A DNA stretch of 64,000 nt from Entomortierella parvispora E1425 (lineage: Eukaryota > Fungi > Mortierellomycota). This document shows, piece after piece, positions 42,064 through 53,757 of this stretch (positions are counted from its first letter, which is position 1; the number at the start of each line of letters is the position of its first letter). A program made the position numbers and the translations under genes. The notes beneath the pieces were generated by a model, which had not been told where the DNA came from, made no database searches, and saw only the letters and a list, made by a program, of their open reading frames with translations. The stretch is from assembly GCA_020891255.1 (NCBI GenBank), contig BQFW01000008.1, positions 62,001 to 126,000 on the forward strand, given 5' to 3'.

Positions 42064-42498
42064 TTAGAAGCAAGTGGTCGTCAAGTGGTAATCGTTTCTG
42101 GACGTGCACTCCATTCGGAAGGTGTTGAGAGTTGGATTCGTACATTCCATTCCACCAAAGTCAAGGTATTTATCGCCAAGAGGATAGCCGTTGATGCTGA
42201 GGCGGACTCCCTTTCTAGAGTTGCACTCTTCAATCTTGAAGTCGAAACCGTCCGAGTGGTGAGCGGTTTGAGACGAGCAGGATTCTTTGACGCCACCCAC
42301 AATTTGACTGCCAGTGTTGCTGCACCCAACAGACACTTTCTTGCCATTGCAGCCTTCCACGATAGCCCAACATCTCCAAACGTCCATGATACTGCCAGCG
42401 CTAGTAAGGCTGGTGGTAAGCGTGATGGTTTTCATCTGCGCAGAGGCGCCCATGACGAGCGAGAGAGCAAGTGCAAGAGGGAAGCCCAGTTTAACCAT
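42064..42498 (-). CDS. Small secreted cysteine-rich protein (144 aa, 8 Cys), unknown family
   Basis: Signal peptide MVKLGFPLALALSLVMGASA|Q; Cys at 43, 50, 59, 74, 92, 119, 131, 143; canonical 5'UTR intron 42623-42512 (GTAAGG..CTAAC..TACAG) 13 nt before ATG; TATAAATA at 42742-42735. Confidence 0.85.
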   Translation of the reverse strand: MVKLGFPLALALSLVMGASAQMKTITLTTSLTSAGSIMDVWRCWAIVEGCNGKKVSVGCSNTGSQIVGGVKESCSSQTAHHSDGFDFKIEECNSRKGVRLSINGYPLGDKYLDFGGMECTNPTLNTFRMECTSRNDYHLTTTCF

Positions 42499-42734
42499 AG
42501 TGAGGGATTTGCTGTAGTGTAATACATGTTGTTTGTGAGGCCGCGAAATAGAGCTGGTTAGGCTACAATGATCATCGGGACTCCTAAAGTGCAGCTACGA
42601 ACATCCAAAACATGTTGCCTTACGTGAGTTTGATCTGATGAAAATGTAGGGAGCTGGTCAAGTAGGAGAGGGCAGCGCTTTGTGAGGCAGTTTGTTGTGA
42701 GGTGGAAAAGATGACAAAGTGAGCGGGCGGGCGG

Positions 42735-42871
42735 TATTTATACCTTCTCATTGCTTATCAAACTACAGTTTCCACGGTCGGCTTTACCGGGCATACAACA
42801 ATCGGCAGGTCGGGGACTTCATACACTGAGCCGTTAAGCCGTCAACTCCTGGGGACAGAAGGATCTGATAA
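42735..42871 (-). promoter_or_regulatory. Promoter of the secreted-protein gene: TATA box, TGATAA and ATCTGATAA box
   Basis: TATAAATA (42742-42735, minus), TGATAA (~42755-60, minus), ATCTGATAA (42863-42871, plus). Confidence 0.65.
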
Positions 42872-45001
42872 CAATCACGCTTCGCGACAGGTCGTCGACA
42901 CGCGGTAGACACCTACAAACAGGAAGCATGTTCACATTTTGCAGCATGTGGGCTCTGTTGTGTGTGAACAAGGTTCGTGAAGTGGAACAGGGCAAGAGCA
43001 CGATTTCATACTAATCCTATGTGCAACTCCAAGAATGACAATGTTTCCCTTACACTCCAGCCCTGCATGTCTATCAACATTCTGTTCGTTGGGAGTAGTG
43101 CCAAAACACAGGTAGTCTAGACAATCCCGTTTTCACTGGATTCATATGTCTGATGAGGAGGGCGAATCCCATGCCGGACATGTCATTGAAAGCGAGACAG
43201 GCGTGAGAACATGGTGATGGTGGTGAAGTACTGGGGCCATCGGAGTAGTCAGAAATAGGAAAACTGAAAGAGTTGAGCCAATCCATCAATCCCAGCTGTA
43301 TTGGTCGTCCGATGTTCTAACCGTTTCTGACTTGTTTTTTGTCTTTCTCGAACCGCTATTATCAAGTTCATTAACGTCGAGAGGGTATCTGTTTGGGCCT
43401 ACTGTCCATGTTAGGGTTGCCATCGATGAATGTGCAAGTAGTCAGAGGTGTAGACGTGATTGTCAGTTACCTCTCAGCATTCCGAGGAAAAAAAAAAACA
43501 AGAATTCGTGTCGAGAGGATCAAAACTTTGAAAACATCATTTTTATCTTCGCTAGGGGGCATGTTCAGAAACAACATGTGAAGTCACCACAAAGGGCCAT
43601 GAAGTCGCGACAGCCTGTTGTCCTTATGAGCTCTGACAGTTTCTGTCTTTGATAGAAGTCTCCTATGGATATTCGAGGTACAATTGGTGGAGTGGGATGA
43701 AGTTTTCTTTTTTTTTTTTTTTTTTTTGGCTGACAGTTTTTGACATTTTTTGACATTTTTTGACAGCAGTTGTGGCGAACCCAGACGCTGTTCAACACGC
43801 GCCTCTGGAGTCCCCTTCTCTTTTCGATTCGGCAGTTACAGCACGTCTAGATGCATTCCCTCTGTCTCTCGTCATCATGATATTCGCCGTCATCTTGCGC
43901 ATCCACAGCGCCGCCCCTATATTCATACGCAGGCCCATCCTTCTTCTGTCATTGCATCCTCGTCACCCCCTACCAGGAGTCCTCCGTTTTCGATTACGAA
44001 AACCCCATTTATCCTCCCCCTGTCTAACCACACAGTCTGTGCTCCTCGGGGGAAAAGGGCCCAAGTACATGTGGACCATCTGCACAGTACCTGGTAAATA
44101 GACCTGCCAAAAGAAGTCGAAGTTCTCAAAAAGAACTATCTAGATAGAGGGCTGACTTTGGAAAAGTAACTATTCCCCGACCTGGAGCAAGAAGAAGTTG
44201 TTTTGGATGACGCCAACCCCATTCCCAACTCCAACTGCAATTGCTATATCTTTCCTCCCTGGACGCTCCAACAAAGCTGATAGCGACAATTTGGACATCG
44301 CCGTCCTCAGCAAAACCCCATCTATAGAATTGAGGAACTCCGCCAGGCACTCCTTTCGCAGGCTCCGGGTATAACTCTCCGCGTTTCATCTTTGCCGCGT
44401 CCAGAGATGTACAGTAGTCGATGGCCCAGATCTACGGAGTTGAGTTAGATCTTTGTTTTTTTTCCGCTCAAACACTACCACCAGGCGATCGAAGATGGGG
44501 CGAGGGGGCTGACGATCTCCCGAAGGTGGCCGCTCGTGAGCCTGAAAATATCGCACTTGCAGATCTAAAAGATGTAATGTACATGGACAAGTACAAAGAT
44601 GGTGGGGCGGGGCGGAACTTTGGGAGAGTCTGGACAGGATGGTGGTATTGTGTCTGAGGGTGATATCATTTTCCACATCTGCCCTCGCAGACAATGGCTG
44701 CGAGGAGATCAATTTGCAACTCGAAACGCTGCAGGGATCAAGTGAGGCGGGAATTACTTCGATTGCTCCACCATTGACAGATGGTGGTTTGGTCAATCCA
44801 CGGCAGACACCGGGCCACACCGTCGGCTCCGTCGACCACGCGACTACTCGAGCGAAAGATGATCTGGGCGATTCGAGCCTTCGGAGAATGGTGAAGGAGG
44901 GCGCACAGGAGGCTGTGGGATTTGCCCAGTGTCGGGACCTGAAGGAAGAAGCGGACTCTGGAGGGGGAGATGAGCGGGGTAGGGGTGAGAACCAGTCAGG
45001 G

Positions 45002-45058
45002 AGCCAGGGGAGATGAACCTACCAGCCAGGGAGATGAACCTACCAGCCAGGGCGATGC
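45002..45058. repeat. ~21-bp minisatellite, ~2.7 copies (ACCAGCCAGGGAGATGAACCT)
   Basis: Seen directly upstream of the PRL gene. Confidence 0.85.
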
Positions 45059-45403
45059 ACGTCCGTGTTTCCAAAGGGGGGGATGTCTGTCCGCGTGCCC
45101 GAGTTTTCCTTTTTCCGAAGAGAGAGCGATGATTCCAAAGGACATCCTTTCCGTCCCTTTTTTCCTTTCTTCCTTTTTTCCTTTCTCTCTTTCCACTTTA
45201 CCCTTCGCCTCAGCCCTCTTCGCTCCCCCAGCTCCTCTCCGCCTGTCTGCGTGCATGCCATCCGATCCTTCTTGCCCCAACCAACAGTTAATGTAAGGTC
45301 GCAACTCTTGTATTACAATGCATGTCCTCAAAAAACGGTTTGCTCATCGAACATTTCCATTACCTCCTTTCCATCATCCCTTTCCATCTCAGGCATCAAC
45401 ATC

Positions 45404-46498
45404 ATGACCACATCTAAATCCTCGGTTCAGCTCGGTGCTGGAAGCTCGCTCGCACGACCCAGCCCAGCAACCCGTCTCCTCAACCCCCCTACGGTTATTG
45501 AATACCAAAACATGCGCTTCTTGGTCACAGATGCGCCCTCGGACAGCAACATCGCACTCTACGTCGCTGTAAATAATAGGAACTAGTTTGTCCTGTCTCC
45601 TATGTTTATCCACCCACTCGAAACTCGTAGGACCGACCCTTACCTCTTCTTTCTCCTCTCTCTCTCTCCCTCTCTCCCTCTCTCCTTTTCTATCCCTAGG
45701 AATTCGAACGACAGCATGTCAAGGATGTCGTACGAGTGTGCGACCCAACCTATGGAACAACTCCCCTGACCGATCTGGGAATCGCTGTTCATGTAAGGGA
45801 CCATCCTTGAAATTCAGGACGGGAACACAAAGGATTGGTTCACGGAGGAAGAAAAAAACAAGCTGCAAAGAAACATGCGGAATGAAGTATCTCACTTTTG
45901 TTTGTTTGTTTTGCATGATTTTTTTTTTACTTTCCTAGGATTGGCCATTTGCTGATGGTGAAGGACCCCCTTCTAACATCATGAACGATTGGCTGGCATT
46001 GGTCAAGAAGCGATTTGGCACTGATAGTGGAAAGAAACCTGCAGAGGCCATTGTCGTTCATTGTGTGGCGGGCCTTGGAAGGTGAGCCAGTTGTTTTTTG
46101 TTTTATTTTTTTGCTTCGGGAGAGTTAAAAAGAGACCCCGCTCCCAAAACGGACAGCGGAACAAAGATACCAATCGCATCGCCTTGCTTTTTTTTTTTTG
46201 ATTTTGATTACAAAACCTATAGGGCCCCTCTCCTGGTTGCCCTGGCCCTCATGGACGTTGGACTCTCGGCCGAGGAGAGTATTGAATACGTCCGCAAGTA
46301 CAAGCGTCACGCCCTGAATGCGACGCAAGTCAGAGTAAGAATATGTCGCAAAGACAAACAAGAAAAAACTTGTTTTCACCCTGAAAATGAAAGTGTGCTG
46401 ACATGTTCTGACATACCTTTCTACTATTCTTGTTTTTGCAGTACATCTTATCCCTGAAGAAGAAGAATTCGCGCAAGGGAAAGTGCAATATTATGTAA
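45404..46498 (+). CDS. PTP4A: PRL/PTP4A-family prenylated protein tyrosine phosphatase
   Basis: Exons 45404-45568, 45700-45792, 45939-46081, 46223-46334, 46442-46498: IEYQNMRFLVTDAP, VVRVCDPTY, DWPFADG..PP..I..DW, HCVAGLGRAPLLVALAL, polybasic KKKNSRKGK plus CaaX CNIM. Confidence 0.93.
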
Positions 46499-46575
46499 TA
46501 TCGCAAGAATATTGTACAATATTTTCAGTTTTATTCCAAAATAAAGAAATAACATCCTTCACACCGCCGCCGACA

Positions 46576-49113
46576 TTAGAGCTCGGGTGGAAGGAATGAA
46601 ATGACATAGATCTTACTTCCCGAACTAACTACAGCACAGTGCTGATTGCACTCCATCGTGGTGTAGAAAGGATTACGTATGGCACCTTCTAGGACCCTAT
46701 CTACTGCAGGGCCATGAATCTGCCGGATCTGTTTTGTAGCCCTGGTATAGACGGCAATCTCACCTAACCGTGTGCAGTTGTTGGGTAGGAACACTCCATA
46801 AGAATCTCGGGCGGATGTCGTTCCATGGTCCAACGTACGACTTGTCCGAGGTAAGCAGCACAGACTGGCAAGTCGGGGGAAACGTGTGGGTATATAGAGT
46901 CGCTCATTATCGACTTTTCCAGTGCCAACTCGCTGTCGAATCTGTGACAAGAGGCTATTGGAGGGTTTCCAGACCCGCCCAGCTGGAGGTGTTGGCCTTG
47001 TAGAAGTGGCCAGACGAGAAGTTCGTGAGAGGCGTGGAGAGTTTTTGTTCTGTGAGGATGAACCGGAGGTGGTGAACGAGAACTGACTGTCAACCATCTT
47101 TGAGCTGCTCCCAGCAGCCGCAAAATCCTGCTCCAATTCATGTTGATGTCCTGCCTCGCGTGTCATTGGTGCCGCTTTCTGACCCGTATATGAGGATCCG
47201 GATGAAATATAGTCGAGCATGAGTTCATATTCGTAAACGGCATCTCGAGTCGAAAACATGACTTTGTCACCATGAATTGTCGGCGTGAACTGAATCGCCT
47301 GTGTTGCATGCGGTAGCAAAATTCTCTCCAGAATGCATCCCGACACCAGAGAATAGACAAGTGTTTCGCCGTTCGTGCTCGCGGAAATGACATGATTATG
47401 GTTCATAATACTGATGTGAATAACCTGTTACAGGAAGAAGGAAAGGCAGTGAGCTTGTAAATAGTTGAACTTTGGTAGGGTTGATGCTGAGCAAATAGAG
47501 CTTCAACTTACGTCGCCCTCATGTGCCTGGTATGATCCTACAATGTCGAGGTGCGTGCGAGAACTCCAGTCGAAAACCGTCACCATCCCGTCGCACTGTC
47601 CATAGCCAATATAAGTTTCATCCATGTAGAGAAAAGATGCGATGTGAGGCATTGCATCGTCATCCTGCATAATCAACTCTCCTGTATGAAGATCCCAGAT
47701 ACAGAGGCCACTGTTGGAATGAACCAAAGCAAGAAGTTAGACACATTTTTCGCCTTTGGTAATAAAGAAAAATAACAACAGCGATCACGTACCCAAACGA
47801 TGTCCTTGCGCAAGCTGCCCGCGCGGTCTCTGACTGGGCCACGCAAGTCAGTGATTGTTTGGAGTGCAAAACCTGAGTGCATTGCAGCGTCCTGAGGTCC
47901 CAGACTCGGATAGTTGAGTCAATGGATGCGGTGACCAAAGTCCACATGGACATTTCAAGACTTGATATCAGTCCAGTGTGGCCCTCCAGAACATGAACAG
48001 TCTGGGGTTGAGCGCGGGACCAGTTGTCTTTGACAGAGAGGCTCCTGTAGTGCAAATACTTGTAGAGGTTGAACCAGGGTCTGGACCACGATCTCTGTGG
48101 ACCATTCAGTCCCGATGCACTTTCCATGCGTCCTGAGAAGAGGGGATGTTCTCTGCTTTTGATCCGCCAGAGAGCCTCGTCGTGGAGGATGCGAAGACAT
48201 TGTCGACTGGCCTACAGATAGAGAGAAATGAGACATGGGAATGGGGGGACACGGTTGATGGGAACGGTCAGATGAGTGGACACGAGCGACGTTTGTGCGC
48301 ACAGGCGTGCGTCCCGAATATGTACCTGGGCAACACGAGACAGGTCCAGTGCGTCCAGATGTCTGCATGGGAGAGCAGCGGGAGCAGGGCGCCGGGAAGG
48401 AAGGAAAGGATGTTAGCTTCATGGGGAACCACCTTTACAGACACTGTGCCGGCAATGACCACCACGCAGACTGGCAGATAGACAAATAGACAGATAGACA
48501 GATAGACAGATAGACAGATAGACAGATAGACAGATAGACAGATAGACAGATAGACAGATAGACAGATAGACACATACCTCAGAATGTCAATGAGAAGCTC
48601 CAACGGCAGTCGAGCGAGAATGTCGGACCCCCTTGCGATCTCCGAGTGATGGGTGGTCGGTGGGACATGCGCCAAGTCTCCTGGCATCGCTGGCAGGGCA
48701 GGGACGGCGGGTTGCTGTTGTTCAGGCAGTGGGGGGAAGCTTTCTTCATCAGGGCTGGTCATCTCGACATCCTCCTGCGTGGTCAAGGCCACTGGCAAGA
48801 GTGGGTCAAGTACGGGCATGGATGGACTCTGAGCAGCCATCGCGGTCTCTTCCTCCTCGACTGCAACCAAGGATGTTGACTCCGAGACATGAGCTGCGGC
48901 GGAGGTCGGGGAGGTCAAGGGTCCAGCCAGTGAAGCGGCCTTTGCCGGTGCAGTCTTTGTCTTTTTAGCCCGCGGCTTTTTGAGACCAGTAATGGAGAGG
49001 AATGAGAGAGGAGAGTCATTGGATGGGGAGCAGGTGGGGGATGGGGAGGTGGATGATGATCCTCCGCCAATGCCCGCATGCACAAAATGATCCCGCTCGG
49101 CCTGGAGCTGCAT
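46576..49113 (-). CDS. F-box/WD40-repeat protein (Cdc4/Met30/Fbw7-like architecture)
   Basis: F-box DILARLPLELLIDILR|HLDALDLSRVAQ|ASRQ...DEALW; WD repeats LEGHTGLISSLEMSMWTLVTASIDSTIRVWDLR, GLCIWDL, GQCDGMVTVFDW...AHEGDV. Confidence 0.85.
48475..48571. repeat. (CAGATAGA)~12 octamer microsatellite at the 5' end of F-box gene intron 1
   Basis: Seen directly; begins a few nt after the GTATGT donor on the minus strand. Confidence 0.95.
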
Positions 49114-49420
49114 CGTGGCAGAATGAGTGTGTTTCTACGAGCAGGGCAGGTGGGGCAGGATGATTATAGGGAGACAAAGCTGAGGTGGGGTGGTGTAACA
49201 AGGACGGGAAGGGAAACAGCGATGGAGAGAGGGCAGAAGGAGGATGAATGGACTGGATGCAGAAGTGGAGAGAGTCAAGGATGAATGCAGAGAATGAGAA
49301 TGGGGAAAGGGCAAAGATGGACTTTTTTTTTTTCTTTTTTTTTTGCTCTTCCCTCTTCTCTTTGAATAATATATATTCCCATCAAATCATATTCTTTCTG
49401 GCCTGCACTCTTCGCACTCT

Positions 49421-50572
49421 TCAGGACCCCACGACATTCAGCCGTCGTGGATTCCGCTTTATTTGTCCTTCCACAGGCCCCATCCCGAGACGATCCACCA
49501 CCGCCGCCATCAGCTCGGAACTGGACGAGTCGCACCGCAGAGTCGCCAGGCTGTCTCCCCTGCACGGTCCAATGTTGACTATCGCCACTGGCACTCCGAC
49601 ATCGCGCGCCTGCTTGACAAGCCGGAACGCCGAGTACGTCGCGAGCGAGGTCCCACAGACCAAGAGCCCATTTGAACCCATGATGGCCTCTGCTGCGCGT
49701 TCCTTGGTTTCTGGGGGAATGTTTTCGCCAAAAAACACAACGTTGGGCTTGTACACCCCCGTACCACAGCAGGCACAGGGCGGATACTGGAATGTTCGAT
49801 AATCCAGGGAAGCTGCTGATACCGGAGCATGGCTCTTCCGATCCTGGTCTTGTTGCTCCGGAGACTTTAGCTCCACATCTCCGTCTGCGTTCATTCTCGA
49901 ATACAAGCTGGCGCTGGATTGGTTCTCGACCAGGGCATTCCACTCGGGGTTCAGCGCTGCCAGGGTATGCTGAAACTGTGTTCGATCCTCTTCGTGGCCA
50001 CAGCTCAGGCACTTGACTTTGTGGAGCGTTCCATGGAGTTCAATGACATCTTTGGATCCAGCCTTCTGATGAAGGCCATCGACATTTTGAGTGATCAGCG
50101 TTTTGACAAAGGGCTTTGTGTCGGATATCACAGATCCGGATCCCGGGACGGATCCGGATACTGCTTCGGGCAGTGGAGCACACGTTGCAGGCGAGGACGG
50201 CGACGATGGTGACGACTGTAGCGCAGAAATAGCATAGTGGGTTGGGTTGGGTTCAGCACGCATCGCGAGGGGAAAGCCCAGGAAAGATCGAGCCCAGTAA
50301 CGGTGACGGGCCTCGTCTGAGCTGACAAATGCCTGGTAGAAGACGGGCTTGTAGTCGGGATTCAATGTATAGGTGCCATGCTTGCCTCGATAGTCAGGAA
50401 TAGAACTATCGGTTGAGACACCAGCGCCCGTGAGCACAACGGTGCCTGGAAAGGCATCCTGGAGGAATGAAGTCAAGTCCTGGACAGGGCTCGAGCTCAC
50501 GACGCCATTAGAGTGATGGGTTGTGGTGGAAAGCGACTTAGCGACGGAGCGGAGGGAGATGCGAAGACGCAT
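49421..50572 (-). CDS. SIRT4: Class II (SIRT4-like) NAD-dependent deacylase, probably mitochondrial
   Basis: Intronless, 383 aa from ATG 50572: presequence-like MRLRISLRSVAKSLS, LTGAGVSTDSSIPDYRG, RYWARSFLGFP, PNPTH, ITQNVDGLHQKAGS..VIELHG, CxxC...CxxC, KPNVVFFGENIP, GTSL..YSAFR. Confidence 0.93.
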   Translation of the reverse strand: MRLRISLRSVAKSLSTTTHHSNGVVSSSPVQDLTSFLQDAFPGTVVLTGAGVSTDSSIPDYRGKHGTYTLNPDYKPVFYQAFVSSDEARHRYWARSFLGFPLAMRAEPNPTHYAISALQSSPSSPSSPATCAPLPEAVSGSVPGSGSVISDTKPFVKTLITQNVDGLHQKAGSKDVIELHGTLHKVKCLSCGHEEDRTQFQHTLAALNPEWNALVENQSSASLYSRMNADGDVELKSPEQQDQDRKSHAPVSAASLDYRTFQYPPCACCGTGVYKPNVVFFGENIPPETKERAAEAIMGSNGLLVCGTSLATYSAFRLVKQARDVGVPVAIVNIGPCRGDSLATLRCDSSSSELMAAVVDRLGMGPVEGQIKRNPRRLNVVGS

Positions 50573-51007
50573 CGGATGGGATGAAGGAAGGGTGATGGTG
50601 ATGATTAGGTGAAGGATGGCATGCGCATGAAAAGAGGGGAATAAAATAAAACAAAAAATAAAATAAAAAAAAAAAAAAAAAAAAAAAAAAGCGCGGGCAG
50701 ACCACCACGCGGGGGGATCATTCATTCATTCACACACACACACACACACTCACACAGAGAGAGATGAAAACAAAGGGACAAACCATCACAAATGCAAAAA
50801 AAAGCGCGATTTTTTCATTTTCTCCCCTTGGTGTTGTTGTTGTTGTCCCTCTTCTTCTTCTTCTTCTTCTTCCTCACCCTCCTTCACTGCTCATCCCTTC
50901 ATCCCTTCCTCTCTCCCGCTCTCCTTTCTTTTGTCATCCACCCTCCCCCCCCCGGTGCATGATCCGCTAGATTCCTCCTTTCCTTCTTCCTTCTCCCCCA
51001 CCGCACC

Positions 51008-53599
51008 ATGCTCGCCTCGTCTGCAACCCCGCATCTGAACTATCACGACCTCGACAATGTCCTCACCCCGCCAGAGACAGAACACAACTGGGCTGCAAAG
51101 GAGGCTGCTATAAAGACCCTTGGGGCGGCTTGCCAGTCCTCCATTGCTCAGAACTACGACTACATTCTCTTCATCAAGAACCATCGCAAGTCCTTCACAG
51201 AGTCGGTACGTCCTTGCTTTTATCCTGCCGTCCGTCGGCTGCTGTTGTTCACCTGCAGCCCAATGTTTGTTTATCACGTCCCTGCCGCCCGTTGTTCAAT
51301 GACTAATCCTCTCTTGCCGCCATTGCACGACCGACCCATGACAGTTGCTGACGGAGAGGACCCGATTGTCTGGAGTGGCATGTGAGCTCGTCGAGAAGCT
51401 GGCCACTTCCATGGGCCGAGACTTTGTGCTCCATTTTGCAGACTTTTTCACAGGAGCACTCCTCAAGGTATGCGCCAGGACAAACAAGGTCATGGTCTCG
51501 CGTGCAGTCAAGGCCCTAAACAGCATCATTGGCGCCGGCACCGTTGTCCTTTTGCCCAAGGCCTGTCAGGCCTTTTCGACGCCCAACAAGGCACTTAGGA
51601 TCGCCTGCATAGGCCTTGTAGCCTCCTGCATCACCCAGTTTTCAGCCCAAGAGCTCGACCCCTTTCTGTCTTCGTTTGAGCCCGTCTTGAAGGAAGGCGT
51701 TCAGGACGCAGCCCCGGAGGTTCGCGATACTAGCCGCAAGTCTTTCAAGATCTATGCGCAAAAGTTTCCAGAGCGCTCGTCTGCGTAAGTGTTGTGCAGG
51801 GAAGGAACGCTCGCGGTGGTGAATGACGGTTTTCATCACATTACTGACGAGGCCTTATTTTTTTTTTTTTTTTGTTTGGGTATCCTTCGTCATGTCGCTG
51901 CATTCGCACGTCCAGCATGACCTCAACACTGCCTCAAACCGTCCTCAAGTATTTGCTTCCAGATTCCCGACCGACCACGCCCGTGCGAGTCATGTCGACC
52001 CGACCAACACCTGCTGGACGGTTGGCGGATTCAGGAGATATACCTCGTCATCAATCAAGTCGCGAGTTGACACCAGGACAGTCGAGAGTTGGTCCAAGCA
52101 GGATTGGACCAGTGCGCGCAAGAACAATGGCTGCTCCAGAACAGAGTCCCTCAACTACGTTTAAACCATTGGGAACCAACCACCCACCATCAACTTCGTC
52201 ATCGCAGCCGTACGCGTACCATTCCACTCCAACTCATAACGGGATGTCTAACGCCTCGTCATCGCAGCGCCCCTTTCAGCAACATCACTCTCAGTATGCT
52301 AACCAGCATCATGAACAACCGCATTATGGTCAACAACAACAGCAGCAACCACAGGTAGTCAGACACCATGGACTCTCCAGGACAGGAACCTCTTCATCAG
52401 ACCATTCCGAGACTGGGCATGGAACAATGCGTCTGGCATCGCAAAGAGCAAGGGCTTTGAGCAGCAACAGCATGACAACAAGTTCTATGATCCAGCGATC
52501 ACCGTCCATTAATCTGGCTGTCAGTGGTGGCGCACAAAGAGTCGTCTCCTCAGGACCTTACAGCGCCGATGCTGCCAAACCCACTCGATCTAGCACGTTA
52601 TCTCATCGACTCTCGAAAGCAGAACCCGTTACTAAATCCAGCAGAGTGTCTTCAATCTCAACACAAGGTGGAAGTGTCATTGACCGAGAACCAACAACTG
52701 CCAGTGAAAGGGCTAAAGCCTACTCGGCCAGCTTGAAGAATGAGATGGCAAACCGTCGTGCTCAGGATCCAAACGTGCGGGCCAGCACTAGTATTAAACG
52801 GATCACGACAGACCACGGTGGATATTCTGGATACGGCTCAATGACTTCTGCAAGCTCAACTACCAGTGGAAGCTCCGTCTCAGCGGCCACTTCAACGACC
52901 TCTGTCTCCTCAGGTTCGTCGACTTCCACTTCGCCTACAGCTTTAAATTCCCCATTACACGATCAACTTTTCTCGACTTTCCGCACACCGGCAGGGCTCC
53001 CGGGCGCATCATCGTCCGTAGAATCTATCAACTCGCCAGAGCCTGTAGACCCTTCAAGCCCTCCTACTTCAAAACATGCAGAAAAACAGATTGCAGGACA
53101 TCCTGAATTGCAATCTTTGGCGTCCAAGGAGGCAGCCACGGATAACATGCATTCGTCAACCGAGGCACTTTCTTTGCAGTCGCGTGCCACATCTTCGCCC
53201 CCTTCTTCCGGCGGATCTGCATCCACGCCCCCACCCTCTAACGACGCTGTTCACGGACAATCTGATTGTATCCAACCCACTCTAGTAGACCGACATGACT
53301 TTATGGATGAAGCAGATGAGGACCACCATATGAGCATTCCCGACCACGAGAGCCTGTTTGGACGAACAGAAAACTATCTTCAGATCGAGCAAGAAATCCA
53401 AGAGCTCCAACGTGGAGTTCCTGATTTAGATTCCTATAGACCAGGTGCCGACAAGTTTGCCTACATGGATGAGGATTCCCACCCAGATGAGCAGGAGGAG
53501 CTTGCCGTCAAGGCCTATGCTGAACTCTACGAGACCACTCTCCAAACCCATTCGAGTCCACCCCATACCGCTGTTTCCCCAAAGAGTGCAGCTGAATAG
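51008..53599 (+). CDS. CLASP N-terminal (TOG-like/HEAT) domain protein with long disordered Ser-rich tail
   Basis: ETEHNWAAKE, LLTERTRLSG.ACEL, LLKVCARTNKV...RA, NKALRIAC, EGVQDAAPEVRDTSRKSF; two introns. Confidence 0.85.
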
Positions 53600-53757
53600 C
53601 CCTCACCCAAATATCCAATAAATTTAATTCAATAAAAATAATTTTTGAAAGTTCGACTAGCTTTACTTAAGGGTGTTTTGACCCCGATCAACACAAAATC
53701 GTTCGCGAATGCTGGCAATGCATCTTTAATCTCACGAACCCTTGTCCGCAACTCTAC

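Noticed and set aside
43150-43191. CTGATGA...GAAA hammerhead-like core (also CTGATGA at ~661)
   Set aside because: Stem II does not pair and no stem I/III with a cleavage triplet can be built.
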